From an uncultured Armatimonadia bacterium (GTDB lineage Bacteria; Armatimonadota; Zipacnadia; CAVVLO01), in NCBI GenBank assembly GCA_963749155.1, contig CAVVLO010000003.1, positions 160,001 through 224,000 of the forward strand: a stretch of 64,000 nucleotides of DNA, given 5' to 3'. The stretch's first letter is position 1. Every line of letters begins with the position of its first letter. Of this stretch, positions 9,145-20,768 are shown in pieces. The notes under the pieces were generated by a model. That model was not told the DNA's origin. It was given only the letters and a program-made list of their open reading frames with translations, and ran no database searches. The position numbers and the translations under genes are program-made.

Positions 9145-10352
9145 CAGAAGTCCCCTTTCCGTTTGGATATGACTGTTGTGAGGTCGCGCTTCCACTCGCC
9201 ATCCAGCCTGCGAAGGCCGGTCTGGTCGGTGGCGGTGTCCTGATAGGCCCACATCCACCAGCCCGCGAAGCCGTACTCATCGCCTTTGGCGAAGTGCCAG
9301 CGCAGCACTTCGGCCTCCGAAAGCGCGCTCTTGTCGAGGATAGTCCCTTCCAGGCTATGGCCTGCGCCTTTGAAATCCGTAGAGATAATCGGCGCGGAAT
9401 TGCCTTCCGCAAGGATCCGGACGATTTCGCTGAGATAATAGACGCCATCGGGCGCAGGGTCACAGCAGGGATAGGTGCTCATCACCCAGTAATCAGGGGG
9501 CAGGCGCAGGTCGGCCACGAGCCACCGGTGCACGTTGGAGAAACTGCTTAGCCGCGCCAAAGGCGGCTTGGCGCTCCAATACGGCGTGTCGGCGAAGATT
9601 GGAAGCATTATCGGCGAGCCGACGGGGCGCTTGGCGGCAGCAAGGACGCGCGGCCAGATGTATTTGAGGAAGCGCTCGGTGTACTGGCCAATTTCCGGCT
9701 GCTCGGGGAAGTCCCAGGTGACCGGCTCCGCGCCGCCCCAGTGGTAGTTGCCCATCGGCACCCAGAGGGCAATAGCCTCGGGATGCTTGACCCTTGTCTC
9801 GACGTACTGGACTAGCTGCGTGTACCAGACGGCCGCCTCGCTCCAGGGAGTGTCATCGGGCTCGGGCCACCACTCGGAGGCGCCGATATGCTGGGCGGTA
9901 TCCACGCTGAAAGGGATCCACTGGTTGGTCGCGAGGTCCACCTCGACGCTGACGCCGAGGGTATGGCAGTAGTCGAGGAAGTCCACCAGATTATCCAGCG
10001 TGCGCAGATTGGCCCATTCGGCGGCGTCCTTCGCCTCATCGCTCGGGGAAAGGCCCGGCTCCCTCAGCGTGTAGGGGATAAGCACCATCACGTCGAGGAA
10101 GTTGATGCCTGTCTCGCGCACCAGGTCGGCGAGTTCGGCGTTGACACGGTCGCGGATCAGGTGATAATCCACCAGCCAGTGGCCGCTGCCGGGTGGGACA
10201 GGCGAGGTTGGATTAAAATGCACGCCGGCCAGCTCGCGAGGCTCAGGGGCGGGCGGTATGGGAAGCTCCCCCGTCCCCACTTTCAGGCCCAGCAAGCCAA
10301 GGGCCAGCGCGAGCAGCAGCAACACAGGACCGGGCGCTGTCGCAGGTGTCAT
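9144..10352 (-). CDS. Secreted glycoside-hydrolase-like (probable TIM barrel) protein
   Basis: Second half of the 872-aa ORF. Own ATG (ATGA overlap at 10349-10352) with a signal peptide; GVHFNP near the start, GWWMWAY..GL...DG.WK at the end, as in clan GH-A-like proteins. Confidence 0.6.
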   Translation of the reverse strand: MTPATAPGPVLLLLALALGLLGLKVGTGELPIPPAPEPRELAGVHFNPTSPVPPGSGHWLVDYHLIRDRVNAELADLVRETGINFLDVMVLIPYTLREPGLSPSDEAKDAAEWANLRTLDNLVDFLDYCHTLGVSVEVDLATNQWIPFSVDTAQHIGASEWWPEPDDTPWSEAAVWYTQLVQYVETRVKHPEAIALWVPMGNYHWGGAEPVTWDFPEQPEIGQYTERFLKYIWPRVLAAAKRPVGSPIMLPIFADTPYWSAKPPLARLSSFSNVHRWLVADLRLPPDYWVMSTYPCCDPAPDGVYYLSEIVRILAEGNSAPIISTDFKGAGHSLEGTILDKSALSEAEVLRWHFAKGDEYGFAGWWMWAYQDTATDQTGLRRLDGEWKRDLTTVISKRKGDF

Positions 10353-11762
10353 AACTCGACCCCCTGCCCGGCGGAGCTCTGCCTGCACGGCGGCGACATC
10401 CACTTCACGCGGCGTTGTCCCGGTCTTCGCGGCGATTGCGGCGGCGGCGCCAGCTCCCTGCCCCACGACCAGCGTCTGCACCATCGCGCGCAGCAGCCAG
10501 GGGTTCTCCGAGCTGACACTGCGGCCGCAGCCGACCAGCAACCCGTCCACCTCGCGCGGCACAAGGCAGCGGTACGGCACGTCAAAGGAATCAGCTCTCA
10601 GCACCTGCGAGGCCCACGCGCCAGCGCCGGGGTGCTTTACTACTGCGTCCCAGCCGACCAGCCTGCCGATGGCGTCGGGCTGGCGAACACCGGCGCCCAT
10701 ACATTCGGCGGTGAAGGAGAAGTCGCCATCCAGATAGCGCGAGACGCGCACGCCCAGATTGGTCGCTGTGTCGGCCAGGAAGGCCCGCTCGAAGCCTGGG
10801 AGGTACTTCCGATAGACGTCGGTGAGGGTGGCGGCCATCTCGCGCCCGTCTCCAAGGCTTGCGCTGATGAGGGTCGGGTCCAACCCGTCGAAGTGGGTGA
10901 AGCCCGTGATGACGTGAACGGTACCGGTCTGGCGCAGCGCGTGCATCTGGCAGGCGTCGGTGGTGTCCTGCAGGCCAACGCGAGCAGGCAAGGCGCCCTC
11001 AGCCTTCGCGCGCTGGAAGGCCTCGAGTTGCATCCCGCCCCCGTGGGGGAAGAGGAACGTCCCGCAGTCATCGTATTGAGCGAGCGCCTCGGTCAGGCTC
11101 CAGTCCACGTCCATGTACTCGGGGAACTGGTCAGGATGGGCGCGGAAGAAGCCGACGAAGGCGTCTACATCCACGTTGCCCAGGCGGAAGCAAAGGCTGT
11201 GGCTGCCCTGCTCAAATACCCGCAGGGGCGCGCCGGAAGTAGCGGCAATATCGGCATCGGCTGTGCAGTCCACCACCACGTCCGCCAGCAGCGCCTGGCG
11301 GCCGGTCTTGGTTTCCACCACGACGCCCTTGACCGCGCTGTCCTCAACGAAGGCCGCGGCCCCGCAGGCCTGAAGCAGCGTCTGGGCGCCGGCCTCCGCT
11401 ACCAGCCTTTGCAACACCAGCTTGCCGGCCTCGAGGTCGTAGATGATATGCCCCTTGTGATTGCGCCATCTGAGGCCGTAACCGGTGGCCTCGGCCAGCC
11501 TGTCAGCGACCTCCAGCGCAAGGCCAGTCGTACCGAGTCTGCCCTCGGACGTGAAGAAGCTGTTGAAGACGCTACAGCACAGCCCCGCCGTCGCGACTCC
11601 GCCGAGGAAGGCATTGCGCTCGACCAGCAGGGTTGTTGCACCAGCGCGCGCGGCCGCCGTGGCCGCCGCAACTCCGCCCAGGCCCCCTCCCACGACCAGC
11701 ACATCCCACTTGCCGGCAACGGGTACCTCTCTCGCCTCTTCCCGGATGCTGTCGGGCATCAT
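10349..11762 (-). CDS. FAD-dependent oxidoreductase (FAD_oxidored family); one extra G near the 3' end
   Basis: DVLVVGGGLGG..AA, ER..LGG.AT, VVDCTADAD, VPYRCLVP, GQGAGAAAA. Removing one G at about 10368 restores the typical end ELRRQGVEL-stop. Confidence 0.88.
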
Positions 11763-12838
11763 CCTTGCGCCTCCATCCAGCTTTTGACAGCCTCGAAACG
11801 CGCCTGCGGGATAGGCAGGCCATCCGCCCCGAGCCAGAGGCAGAAGTTCGCTTCGCGCAGTCGGGGCGTGTAGAGGGCCTCCAGCGCCGCCGGCAAGGTT
11901 GAAACTGGCGCCATACAGAAGATCGCGGGGTCGAGGATGCCGATGATTACGAGGTCCTCTCCCAGCGCGTCAAGCGCCTCGTCCCAGGGCGTATTGCCAA
12001 CCGGTGGGGGCGTCAGCGCGTGGATGCCGTCCATCCCGGTCTGCTTGAAATCTTGCAGCAGGTCGCGCACATGGCCGCACATATGCACCAGGGCGACCTT
12101 GCCGGCTTCGTGGGCGAGGGAGCAGAACTCTTCCACATGAGGCAGGTTATACTTGCGGTAGACCTCGGGGCTGATGTAGTAGGTGCTGGTGTTTTCGCAC
12201 AGGATTAGCACCTCGACAGGCCCTTCGGCAAGCAGCCGGAAAGCCTCGCGGTGCTTCTCGTGGATGGTCTCAATCAGGCCCTCCATCTCGACAGGATAAT
12301 CAGCCAGCAAGTAGTAAAACTGTTCTGTCCCAATCTCGGTCTCGAGCAGCAGCGGGAGGGTCGAAGGCCCCCAGAACCGCGTCACGATGCCCGCCTCGCC
12401 GATCAGCCCGTCCAGCGCTGCAAGCACTGGAGTGTCATCGCGAGCAACATAAGAGGCGCCTTCCCAAAGCTCGCGGTACAGTCGAAGCGACTCGAGCGAG
12501 TCTACTGGATATTTGACCGGATGGGCGAGCCTGTGGGCCGAGGTCAGAGTGCCTCTGGGGGTAATGAGTTCTCTTATTGTGGTGTCGCCCTCGAGGCGCC
12601 AGCGCTCTTCGACGCCCTCAGGCCAGCGGCGCTCGGGCGAGGCGAAGGCATGAGGGGTGTTCCAGCCATCCAGCAGCAGCACGTCGCAGCCGAGGTGCTT
12701 GTAGAAATCGATGCCGCCGTTGCCGCGCAGCTCCTCCGGCAGCAGGCCGAGGGTGTAGCCATCAACCAGCGTAGTCCAGCTCAGCCCCTCGAAAGGCTGT
12801 TTGCGCAGCAGAGCGTTTATCCGCTCGCGATTCGTCAA
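11759..12838 (-). CDS. Uroporphyrinogen decarboxylase / MtaA-like family protein
   Basis: MTNRER start (TTG), ENTSTYYISP, HMCGH, DGIHALTPPP.GN. Confidence 0.8.
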   Translation of the reverse strand: MTNRERINALLRKQPFEGLSWTTLVDGYTLGLLPEELRGNGGIDFYKHLGCDVLLLDGWNTPHAFASPERRWPEGVEERWRLEGDTTIRELITPRGTLTSAHRLAHPVKYPVDSLESLRLYRELWEGASYVARDDTPVLAALDGLIGEAGIVTRFWGPSTLPLLLETEIGTEQFYYLLADYPVEMEGLIETIHEKHREAFRLLAEGPVEVLILCENTSTYYISPEVYRKYNLPHVEEFCSLAHEAGKVALVHMCGHVRDLLQDFKQTGMDGIHALTPPPVGNTPWDEALDALGEDLVIIGILDPAIFCMAPVSTLPAALEALYTPRLREANFCLWLGADGLPIPQARFEAVKSWMEAQG

Positions 12839-12951
12839 GGTTGGTCCTCCCGGAGCAGAATCAGGAAGTAGGCTTTCACGCCTGGGCGTGGAAATCCTGC
12901 TCTGGGCGCGTTTTCAGGCTTTTATTGCGCGCCCCAATCCGGAGAGTGCCG

Positions 12952-15355
12952 ATGCAACTGAGCAACGTCCAGCTTGAAGTCAGCCTGAAGCCCTTCAAAG
13001 CCCTCTCCGAGGAGGGCCTGCGAGCGGTCTGTCGGACTCTGTTCGAACAGTGGCTGCCTCTCTGTCGGACTTCCCGGCAGGTCTCGGTGCTGCTTTGGGC
13101 GGCTGACGGGTCCGAGATACTGGACTATCAGGGCGATCTGAGCGCCGAGTTTGAGTGGGCCAAATGGGTCGGTGTGGCCAATCCGCGCGCCGAGAAGCCC
13201 AAAGGCCCGAAGGGCGAGGCCGTCCATCATAGCCCGCGGCTTTATATCGAGCAGCCGCCTTCCTGGACCTATGGCGACCTGAAGCGCCTGATTGGCCTGC
13301 TTAAAGAGGTCGGCGCTGAAGTGACCGGCCTGCCCGTCCGGGTTGGCGCGACCTTCGACCCGGGGCCGGAATTTGCGGTCTCCAGCTTCAAATACGAACG
13401 CCACCCCGAGTTATGTCCCGGCGAGACGATGGGCAAGGGGAGTTTTGCCGTCTGCTATGCCACTTTGCACGGTGACAACCACAAGTACGCCACCTTCCCC
13501 GAAGGCATCCCCGAGGGCACGCCCTTCGGCACTTTCCTCGGCCGGCAAGCGCGCTGTTTCATGGAGGAGCTGGGCTATGATTATCTGTGGCTTTCCAACG
13601 GGTTTGGCTTCGGATTGGAGCCCTGGGGGCTGAGGGGCGCTGTGTTCAACGGGAAGAAGTTCTTCCCAGAGCGCGCCGAGGCAGTTAAAGAAGGCAGTCT
13701 TGCTTTCTGGAAGGCGCTCAGGGACGAACTTGGCGACCTGCCGCTCGCTACCCGCGGGACCAACCTCTCGACAGGGATGGACCTGGCCTCCGACGGGGTG
13801 CCGCTACGAGAGCTGTATGCGGGTGGATTCAATTTTGAGCCGCCGCCCAACTCGCCCTGGGCCGCGCTCAACGGCGATTTCGGTCTGGAACTCATCGGCT
13901 GGATGTCTCATATCGCAGAGCTGCCAGGGAGGGACTACCCCTTCAGGTTTTATATCCACGACCCGTGGTTCCTGAACAGCCCCTGGCTGGACAGATATGG
14001 CCGGCAGCCCCATGACATCTACCTGCCCCTCGCGGTCAGCCGGATCGATGCGGCAGGCGAAGTGAGCACGCCCAACTCGCAGCTCTTGCTGACAGTGGAT
14101 GACTCTCATGGCGAGTTGCCGGACCAGGTGCCGCAGGAGGTCCTCCCCCATCTGCTGGACGCCTGGCGCACCGCCCCTGATGAGCCTGGACCGCTGGTGT
14201 GGGTTTATCCCTTCGCCGAATACCACGAGTGGACTTTTGGCTCTCCGGACCGCATCGAGGAGGTCTTCTTTGGCGACTGGTTTATGCGCGGCGCGGTAAA
14301 CGCTGGCCTGCCGCTCAACACTGTCATCAGCACGACCAGCCTGCCCTCGGCGCTTGGGCGGCTCGCGGAGTCCCTCCTCGTCAGCCCCGTGCCGGATGCC
14401 GGCAGCGCGTGGGAAGAGGCACTTCTCGGTCACGTAATTCGCGGTGGGAAAGCACTGCTGTATGGCCCGCTCGGTCACGCGGGGCCGGAACTACTTGAGG
14501 CGCTGCGAGTGGATTTGACCGCGCCACTAGAGGGCGACTTTGAGCTGGCGCTTGCCTGCGAGCAGGACCTGACCGAGACGACGCCCTTCCCCACGAGGCT
14601 TGCGCACTCGGCTTTCCTCTCAGGGGGCGGGCTGGAGGCTGAGCCGCGCGAGGGTGCCGCTCCACCGTTTGCCGCTTCGACCCAGGACGGAGCGCAGCGA
14701 GTCGCAGCAACGCTCGCTCAAGTGGGCGAAGGGACGCTGGCCTGGGTGCGCGGGACGGTGGCCTGCGACCCCGAGCGGACTACCGGTCATCTCCTCGTCC
14801 CGCTGGAAGCCGAACAGCTTCTTCCCCGCCGAGATATTGATGCGGTATGCGCTGGCCCAGCTTGGGATTCAACTGTTCGCTGACCGCGATTCACCGCGCC
14901 AGAGACCGCCTCTTGTGACCATCTCGCGCAACCAGGGGGCCTGGTATTTTGCGGGCTACAATCCTGACACGACGGTCGGTCTGCGCCTGCGTCTGCCCGA
15001 GGGGGCGCCCCTCTTCATCGGCTGCGAGACACGCCTGGTGGAGGGTCGCACCGCCCACTGCCTGCCGCGCGCCTGGCGGCACGAGTGTCGTGTCTTCATC
15101 AGCGAGCAGCCATCGGGGTTGCTCTCGTGCGTCGAGCAGTTCGCGGGAGAGGTGGGCATACGCCGTCGGCTGCGCATCACGGGGCTCGAAAACGCGACGG
15201 TGCGATTCTTCCCAGTGCCTGGGACCGAGGCCGAGGTGCAGTTGCTTCGTAGTCCAGTCCACCCCTATATGGAAGGCGACTTCCTCACGCCGGAGCGCGA
15301 GGGCAAGGCGCTTCTGGCCCGCAACGTGACGGGCGAACTGCTGATATCGTGGTGA
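12952..15355 (+). CDS. Conserved-looking hypothetical protein (about 800 aa); frameshift at about 14820
   Basis: ATG 12952 after GGAGAG. ORF 12841-14883 continues as 14600-15355 (..EAEQ/FFPAEILMR..). Motifs GATFDPGPEF, DYLWLSNGFGF, HDPWFLNSPWLDRY. Confidence 0.75.
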
Positions 15356-15384
15356 CCCAACCGTCCCAGAAGGAGTGCTGAGCA

Positions 15385-16838
15385 ATGCAAATCGCGCGTC
15401 GCAAGCCGCTTACCGCCAAAGTTGGGCTGTTCGCAGTCGGATTGGACACCTACTGGGGCCAGTTCCCAGGCCTGCTCGAGACACTGCTTGGGTACCTTGC
15501 CGATCTTGAAAGCCAGCTCCAGGCGCGAGGGGTCACGGTGACCAATTTCGGGATGGTAGATAACGCTGAAGCCGCCCAGGCCGCGCTGAGGCGGATGAAG
15601 GCCGCGGACCTCGATCTCGTTTTCTGCGATATGGTCACCTATGCGACCTCCTGCACTGTCGCGCCAATCCTCCGCAATCTCGATGTCCCTCTCGTACTTG
15701 TCGCTCTGCAGCCCCGGTCTCGGCTGGACTATGAAAACGCGACTATCCGGATGCAACTGGAGAACGACAATATCTGCTCGTTGCCCGAGTTCGCTGGCGT
15801 AGCGGTCAGGCTGGGCAAGCAGGTGCCTCCAACAATTATCGGCACTCTCCACGAAGACCTTGAGGCTCAGCGCGAACTCACCCGCTGGTGCAGCATCGCC
15901 AAAGTGCTTCACGACCTCAAGGGCGCGCGGATTGGCCATTTCGGCCATCCCCTCGAGGCGATGCTGGATATGCACACCGACCCCACCGCGCTGACCGCGG
16001 CCTTCGGACTGCATGTCGTGCAGACTGAACTAGACGATCTGGAGCGCCTCCACCGCACTGTCACCGATGCCGAGGTCGAGGCGAAGCGCGGCAGAGATAC
16101 TCGGAAGTGTTCGACACCCCTGATCCGGGCGCTGATGCGCTGGCCACGAAGCTCACCGAGGCCGACCTTGCAGCCGCCGCCAGAGCCGCGGTGGCCCTCG
16201 ACAAGTTTGTGGAAGAATTTCACCTGGATGGCCTGGCCTATTATTACAAGGGGGAGGCCGGCAGCGAACGCGAACGACTGGCCGCAAGCCTTATTGTCGG
16301 CAACTCGCTGCTGACGGCGGGCGGTTTCCCGATGTGTGGCGAGTCCGACCTGAAGACCTGCGTTGCGATGCTGATAATGGACAGGCTCGATATCGGCGGC
16401 AGTTTTGCAGAGCTCCATCCCGTGGATTTTGCTGGCGATTTCGTGCTGGTCGGGCATGATGGGCCCCATCACCTCGCGGTTGCGGACGGCAGGCCCAAAC
16501 TGCGCAGCCTCACCAAATATCACGGCAAGCCAGGCGCGGGCGCCTCGGTCGAGTTCAAGCTGAAGGAAGGCCCCATCACGATGCTGGGGATTACGTCCAC
16601 CTTCGAGGGGCGCTTCAAGTTCGTCATCGCTGAGGGCGAATCGCTGGCCGGCCCCATCCCCGCCACGGGCAACACCAACACGCGCGGCCGCTTTGCCCCT
16701 GATGTAAGGAGCTTCCTCTCGGCGTGGATTGCGGAAGGCCCCACGCATCACTTTGCGCTGGGCATCGGCCACGAAGCGGCTACCCTGGCACGCCTGGGCG
16801 AGGCGCTCGGTATCGAGTCGGTCGTGGTCACGCCCTAG
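15385..16838 (+). CDS. L-fucose/L-arabinose isomerase family protein; two extra G at about 16090-16104
   Basis: GLDTYWGQFPGL, MLDMHTD, GESDLKT, GGSFAE, GHDGPHH, GPTHHFALG; RBS AGGAG. Confidence 0.88.
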
Positions 16839-16840
16839 CG

Positions 16841-18157
16841 CTACTCGGGCGGCAGCGCGACGCCCTCCAGATTAAGGCCGATTGCCACCTGCCCTTCGGC
16901 TCGGTTGTCGATTGCCTCCAGGCCAGCGAACTGGTTGCTGGTGAGGATTGCCGCCTTCACCGCTGGCTCGAGCACAATCTGGGCGGGCTGGGTATCCTGA
17001 AAAAGACACCCCGTCACGGTCAGGCGACCGCCTTCAGCGACCAGTCCCGCCGGCGCGTGAGCGCAGCGCGGGTCTATTGCCCTGAAATGGCAGTTGGAGA
17101 AAGACACAGGCCCCTCTCCGGCGAGTCTGCCAAACCGCACGCCCTTGGTTCCATTCATACTGCCTGCCAAAGTGCAGGCGGTAAACTTGACAGGCCCGGT
17201 GTTGGTCGCCGAGACATTGATCTCGCCGTAGAACTGACAGTTGACGAAGCTCGTGCCCATCGTGGCCATCGTGGAATCCACAAGCACCGCCGCGCCGCCC
17301 CCGTCAGCGCCTCCGCCGACGATCTTCACATCGCCCGGGCCTGGGTCATAAGGCTCTCTCTTGGGGCTGTGTATGAAGTGGAAGCCTGTTTTGTAGCCGA
17401 TGCAGAAGCAGTTGGTCATCTGCTGCCAGTCGCTGCGGGCGATTATAAAACCTTCGCCGTGTTCGGCAGTGAAGTCCTTGAGCGGCGACAGGGAGAAATC
17501 CCAGAAGGGGAACAGGTGTACGTCCTCCAGACGCACGATATCGTGACAATCGTCTATGAAGAAGCCTCGATAGATCGCCCCCGCGTAGAGGCTGCGCACC
17601 GTGTGGCGGCCCACGTAAGCCGAACCGAAATCCACAGCCTGATAGGGATTCACCATAAATATATCAATCAGGAAGGTGTCCCAGCCCAGGCTCCGGACAG
17701 TCCAGGGATAGGCCACGGGCGGGTTGGTCTTGGTCTGGTTCGGATAAAAAATGGTCAGGCCGCGCAGCCCGGCATTGTTGCCGAGGGTGATGAAGGGCGT
17801 GCCGTCCGGCTGGCCTGCGCCTTCGGTGACAAGCAACACGCTGCCCTGGAGGTTGAGCGCGCCTTCGGTGGCGCTTTCGTAAAGACTGCAGCCATGCGGA
17901 CCGACGAATACCCCTTGCAGCGCGACATTAGCCGGCAGGTTAAGATGGCCTGCAATCAGGAACTTGCCCGCCGGCAGGCTCACCGCTCCGCCCCCTGCTG
18001 CGGCACAAGCGTCGATTGCAGCCTGGAAGGCCGCAGTATCGTCTGCAATACCATCGCCGACCGCACCATAATCAGCTTTCACATCGAAGGCCGCAAGGGC
18101 AGAAAGAGTCACCAGGCAAACCAGTCCAAGCACCAAGAACAGGCTGCGAAAAAACAT
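16841..18157 (-). CDS. Secreted right-handed beta-helix protein (pectate_lyase_3 / GH28-related)
   Basis: Signal peptide; FDVKADYGAVGDGIADDTAAFQAAID, LPAGKF. Confidence 0.85.
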   Translation of the reverse strand: MFFRSLFLVLGLVCLVTLSALAAFDVKADYGAVGDGIADDTAAFQAAIDACAAAGGGAVSLPAGKFLIAGHLNLPANVALQGVFVGPHGCSLYESATEGALNLQGSVLLVTEGAGQPDGTPFITLGNNAGLRGLTIFYPNQTKTNPPVAYPWTVRSLGWDTFLIDIFMVNPYQAVDFGSAYVGRHTVRSLYAGAIYRGFFIDDCHDIVRLEDVHLFPFWDFSLSPLKDFTAEHGEGFIIARSDWQQMTNCFCIGYKTGFHFIHSPKREPYDPGPGDVKIVGGGADGGGAAVLVDSTMATMGTSFVNCQFYGEINVSATNTGPVKFTACTLAGSMNGTKGVRFGRLAGEGPVSFSNCHFRAIDPRCAHAPAGLVAEGGRLTVTGCLFQDTQPAQIVLEPAVKAAILTSNQFAGLEAIDNRAEGQVAIGLNLEGVALPPE

Positions 18158-18181
18158 GAGGCAGTCCTCCAGTAGGTCTTT

Positions 18182-20599
18182 TTAGTCCTTGCCCTGTTCC
18201 TGATTCTCGAGCAGGTCGAGCACCGCCAAACGATAATGATCCAGCAAGCTGCGGTCTCTTTCGAGCGTCCACTGGTAACGCCGGCCCTTCAGGAGGGGCA
18301 CCTGCTCGGCTATTTCGGCCAACAGCTCAAGCGCCCTCTGCCTGAAGGCCAAGTCGGTCGTCGACTCACCAGCATCCTGCAACATCGCCAGATACTCATA
18401 GTCTTCTATACCCTCGCGCACTGCCTGCCAGTAGAGGCTGTCCGTGACACTGTCCTGGTCAAGGAAGACTGGCGAGAAGGACGTGCCCTGGACCGTATAC
18501 TCGTTCCAGGAACTGAGACCGTGCCCTAGATCGCCAAAGGCCCAGAAACCGACCCCCGTCGCCCCTTCGTTGAAAGCCTGCCAAGCCATCCGACGGTAAT
18601 ACGCATCGGGATCGAAGGCGCGTGTGGGCCCATCGCAGTTGTAGAACCAAAGCTGCTTGCCCTGCGCGCGCAATCTCTTGTAATAGTCGCGGGACTCTTC
18701 AGCGCCGTCAGCGTAAAGGCTCAGGTTCGGACAGAGGATGTCGGCCAGCAGCAACGCGTCCTGATGGAAGGTGAGATCGGGCCGCTCCCAGATAGGGTCG
18801 GAGAAGACCAGCAGGCCACTGCCTTTAAGGGCCCTTGCCCAGGTGGCGACGATCTGGTCCATCGAGTCCTCTCTCGGCTCGTCCACCAACAGCAGCGCCA
18901 ACTGTCCTGGTTGCATCCCTCTTTCCACCATATGCTCAGCAAGTGCCTGCGCCCATATGGCGACTCGCTCCTCAAAGACCCTGGTGCCCATCTCGACCCC
19001 GGCGAAGGTCGTACCCACGCTCGCGAAGACCATATAGTGCCTCGCTCCAGGCCACCTGGTCAGCCACTCATCCAGTGCCGAGAAGTCTAACTCGTGAGTG
19101 AGGTGTTGAGAGGCGTCGAATCCAGCCTCATTGGGCCACGGCAGCACCCCCGCGTGCGCCCATGGCGAATCTACGAAGTGCGACCGCATCAGCGCGATGG
19201 CCTCCTCCAGGTTACCAGGGCCCACACCCCCGTAGCCCTCGGCGTCGGTGTAGTCCCACATCCCCAGCGAAAGACGCGGAGTGCCCAGTTCGAGTCTCGA
19301 GACGCGTATTCCGAGGGGCACTGCCAGCTCTCCTCCGTACCCTTCGACTACCACACGGCCCTCATACTTTCCTTTGGCCAACCGCGATGAGTCAACAGTC
19401 AGCCACACCTTACTCGTCAGACCGGAGAGCAGCTCAAGGGTGAAAGCCCCGTCCTCATAGGGCGCCGCAACCAACGCCGAGGCGACCGGCAAGAGTTCAG
19501 CGGTATCTGTCCAGGGCACACTGGCCACTTGCAGCCAGTCCGGGTTGGGCGCGCCGGGCACATCCTTGATCCTCAGTCGCGCCGTGATCGCCTGCTGCGT
19601 AGTGTTCGTCAGCAGGAAGCCATCGGCCCTGAACTCGCCCTGCATCAGGCTTATCGACAGCTCTATCCCATCCGGGGCGGCCTGAGGAGCCTCGAAGAGC
19701 CCCAGCGGATCGAACCGGTGCTTGCGCCAGGCGAGGACCTCCGGCAGCCCGCTAGCGCTGAGTAGGCTGGCGTGGACTCTGAATAGTTCGTTGTGCAGTT
19801 CGTTCAGCGGAAGCACCGCGCGGAAGTCCTCTGAGTGCTCGATGCTGATTGACTCGGCTTCCCTGCGCAGAGCCTCTATCCGTGCATGGAGCGGGGCCTT
19901 CTCTGACTCAGGAAGCTTGGTATCATCCAACGCCTTCCGCACGCTCTCGAGGTCGGCAGCCAGGCGAGCACGCACTGCCTGGGTAACCTGCGAGTCGAGC
20001 AGGTAGGCCGCCACGTCGGAGATTACAGGCCCTTCGGGCTCCATGTCCATGAGGGCCGAATCCCCCTCGTAAACCTCAACCTCGTCGGTGAAGATATAAG
20101 GCCCGTCCGTCGTGCGCACGGCCAGCTTGACATATCTGCCCCTGGTTCCAAGAGCGTTCGTGGTGAAGGTGAAACACGAGTAATCGCCCAACGGAGGCGG
20201 TGACTCGGCAGCAAGCGCAACGAGGTCGCCCGCCAGGCGCCAGGTCTTCCCGTCATCGCTCACGAAGACCAGCAGACTACTAGGCCAGGTCACACCGGCG
20301 ACCCCAGCCGCGGTGCTGTAGGCAAGGCCGGAAATTGGCTGCACCTTCCCGAGATCAAGAGTGAACAGCACCCACAGCCGCTGCTGCCAACCGACGCAAC
20401 CGCGCTCGGTCCATATACGCCCGCTAGTGCAGCGCTGTCCGTCGGTAAGCTGAAGGGCATCCTCGGCGTCTGTGCAGCCCCAATAGCTGGGCGGTGTGTC
20501 AAACTGGACTGAACAGCCCCGGGCCACGTTATGAGCGCCACTTTGCGCGGCGCACTGTTGAACCAGGCTCAGCAGCACAAGTAAACTGGCAAGCAGCAT
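18182..20599 (-). CDS. Secreted protein with an N-terminal discoidin (F5/8C)-like domain and a C-terminal DUF4091/GH123-like domain
   Basis: LTDG, LDLGKVQPIS, VSDDGKTW, RYVKL, DEVEV; LVDEP, LWFY, REGIEDYEYL. ATG 20599 follows a G-rich RBS. Confidence 0.75.
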   Translation of the reverse strand: MLLASLLVLLSLVQQCAAQSGAHNVARGCSVQFDTPPSYWGCTDAEDALQLTDGQRCTSGRIWTERGCVGWQQRLWVLFTLDLGKVQPISGLAYSTAAGVAGVTWPSSLLVFVSDDGKTWRLAGDLVALAAESPPPLGDYSCFTFTTNALGTRGRYVKLAVRTTDGPYIFTDEVEVYEGDSALMDMEPEGPVISDVAAYLLDSQVTQAVRARLAADLESVRKALDDTKLPESEKAPLHARIEALRREAESISIEHSEDFRAVLPLNELHNELFRVHASLLSASGLPEVLAWRKHRFDPLGLFEAPQAAPDGIELSISLMQGEFRADGFLLTNTTQQAITARLRIKDVPGAPNPDWLQVASVPWTDTAELLPVASALVAAPYEDGAFTLELLSGLTSKVWLTVDSSRLAKGKYEGRVVVEGYGGELAVPLGIRVSRLELGTPRLSLGMWDYTDAEGYGGVGPGNLEEAIALMRSHFVDSPWAHAGVLPWPNEAGFDASQHLTHELDFSALDEWLTRWPGARHYMVFASVGTTFAGVEMGTRVFEERVAIWAQALAEHMVERGMQPGQLALLLVDEPREDSMDQIVATWARALKGSGLLVFSDPIWERPDLTFHQDALLLADILCPNLSLYADGAEESRDYYKRLRAQGKQLWFYNCDGPTRAFDPDAYYRRMAWQAFNEGATGVGFWAFGDLGHGLSSWNEYTVQGTSFSPVFLDQDSVTDSLYWQAVREGIEDYEYLAMLQDAGESTTDLAFRQRALELLAEIAEQVPLLKGRRYQWTLERDRSLLDHYRLAVLDLLENQEQGKD

Positions 20600-20768
20600 A
20601 TTTATCCCCCTTCTGCCGGTCGCGCCATGGGGCATCTTACACCTCTTCTTCCAGCCGTGCCGATGACCGAGTGGTGGCTATTTCGTTGCCGTGTCGGCTG
20701 AACCTGCTCTCCTGACCTGGCGTCCAATAAGAGGAAGCTCATTTGCAAAACACTTGGAGGGGAGTCGT

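Noticed and set aside
9144..11762. 872-aa FAD oxidoreductase-glycosidase fusion
   Set aside because: One extra G at about 10368 bypasses the normal ELRRQGVEL-stop; the second half has its own ATG and signal peptide.
9888..11873. Long antisense ORFs (also 16724-18175, 34882-36114, 38233-39399, 42101-43132, 43942-44910)
   Set aside because: Shadows of well-supported genes in GC-rich DNA, with no recognisable motifs.
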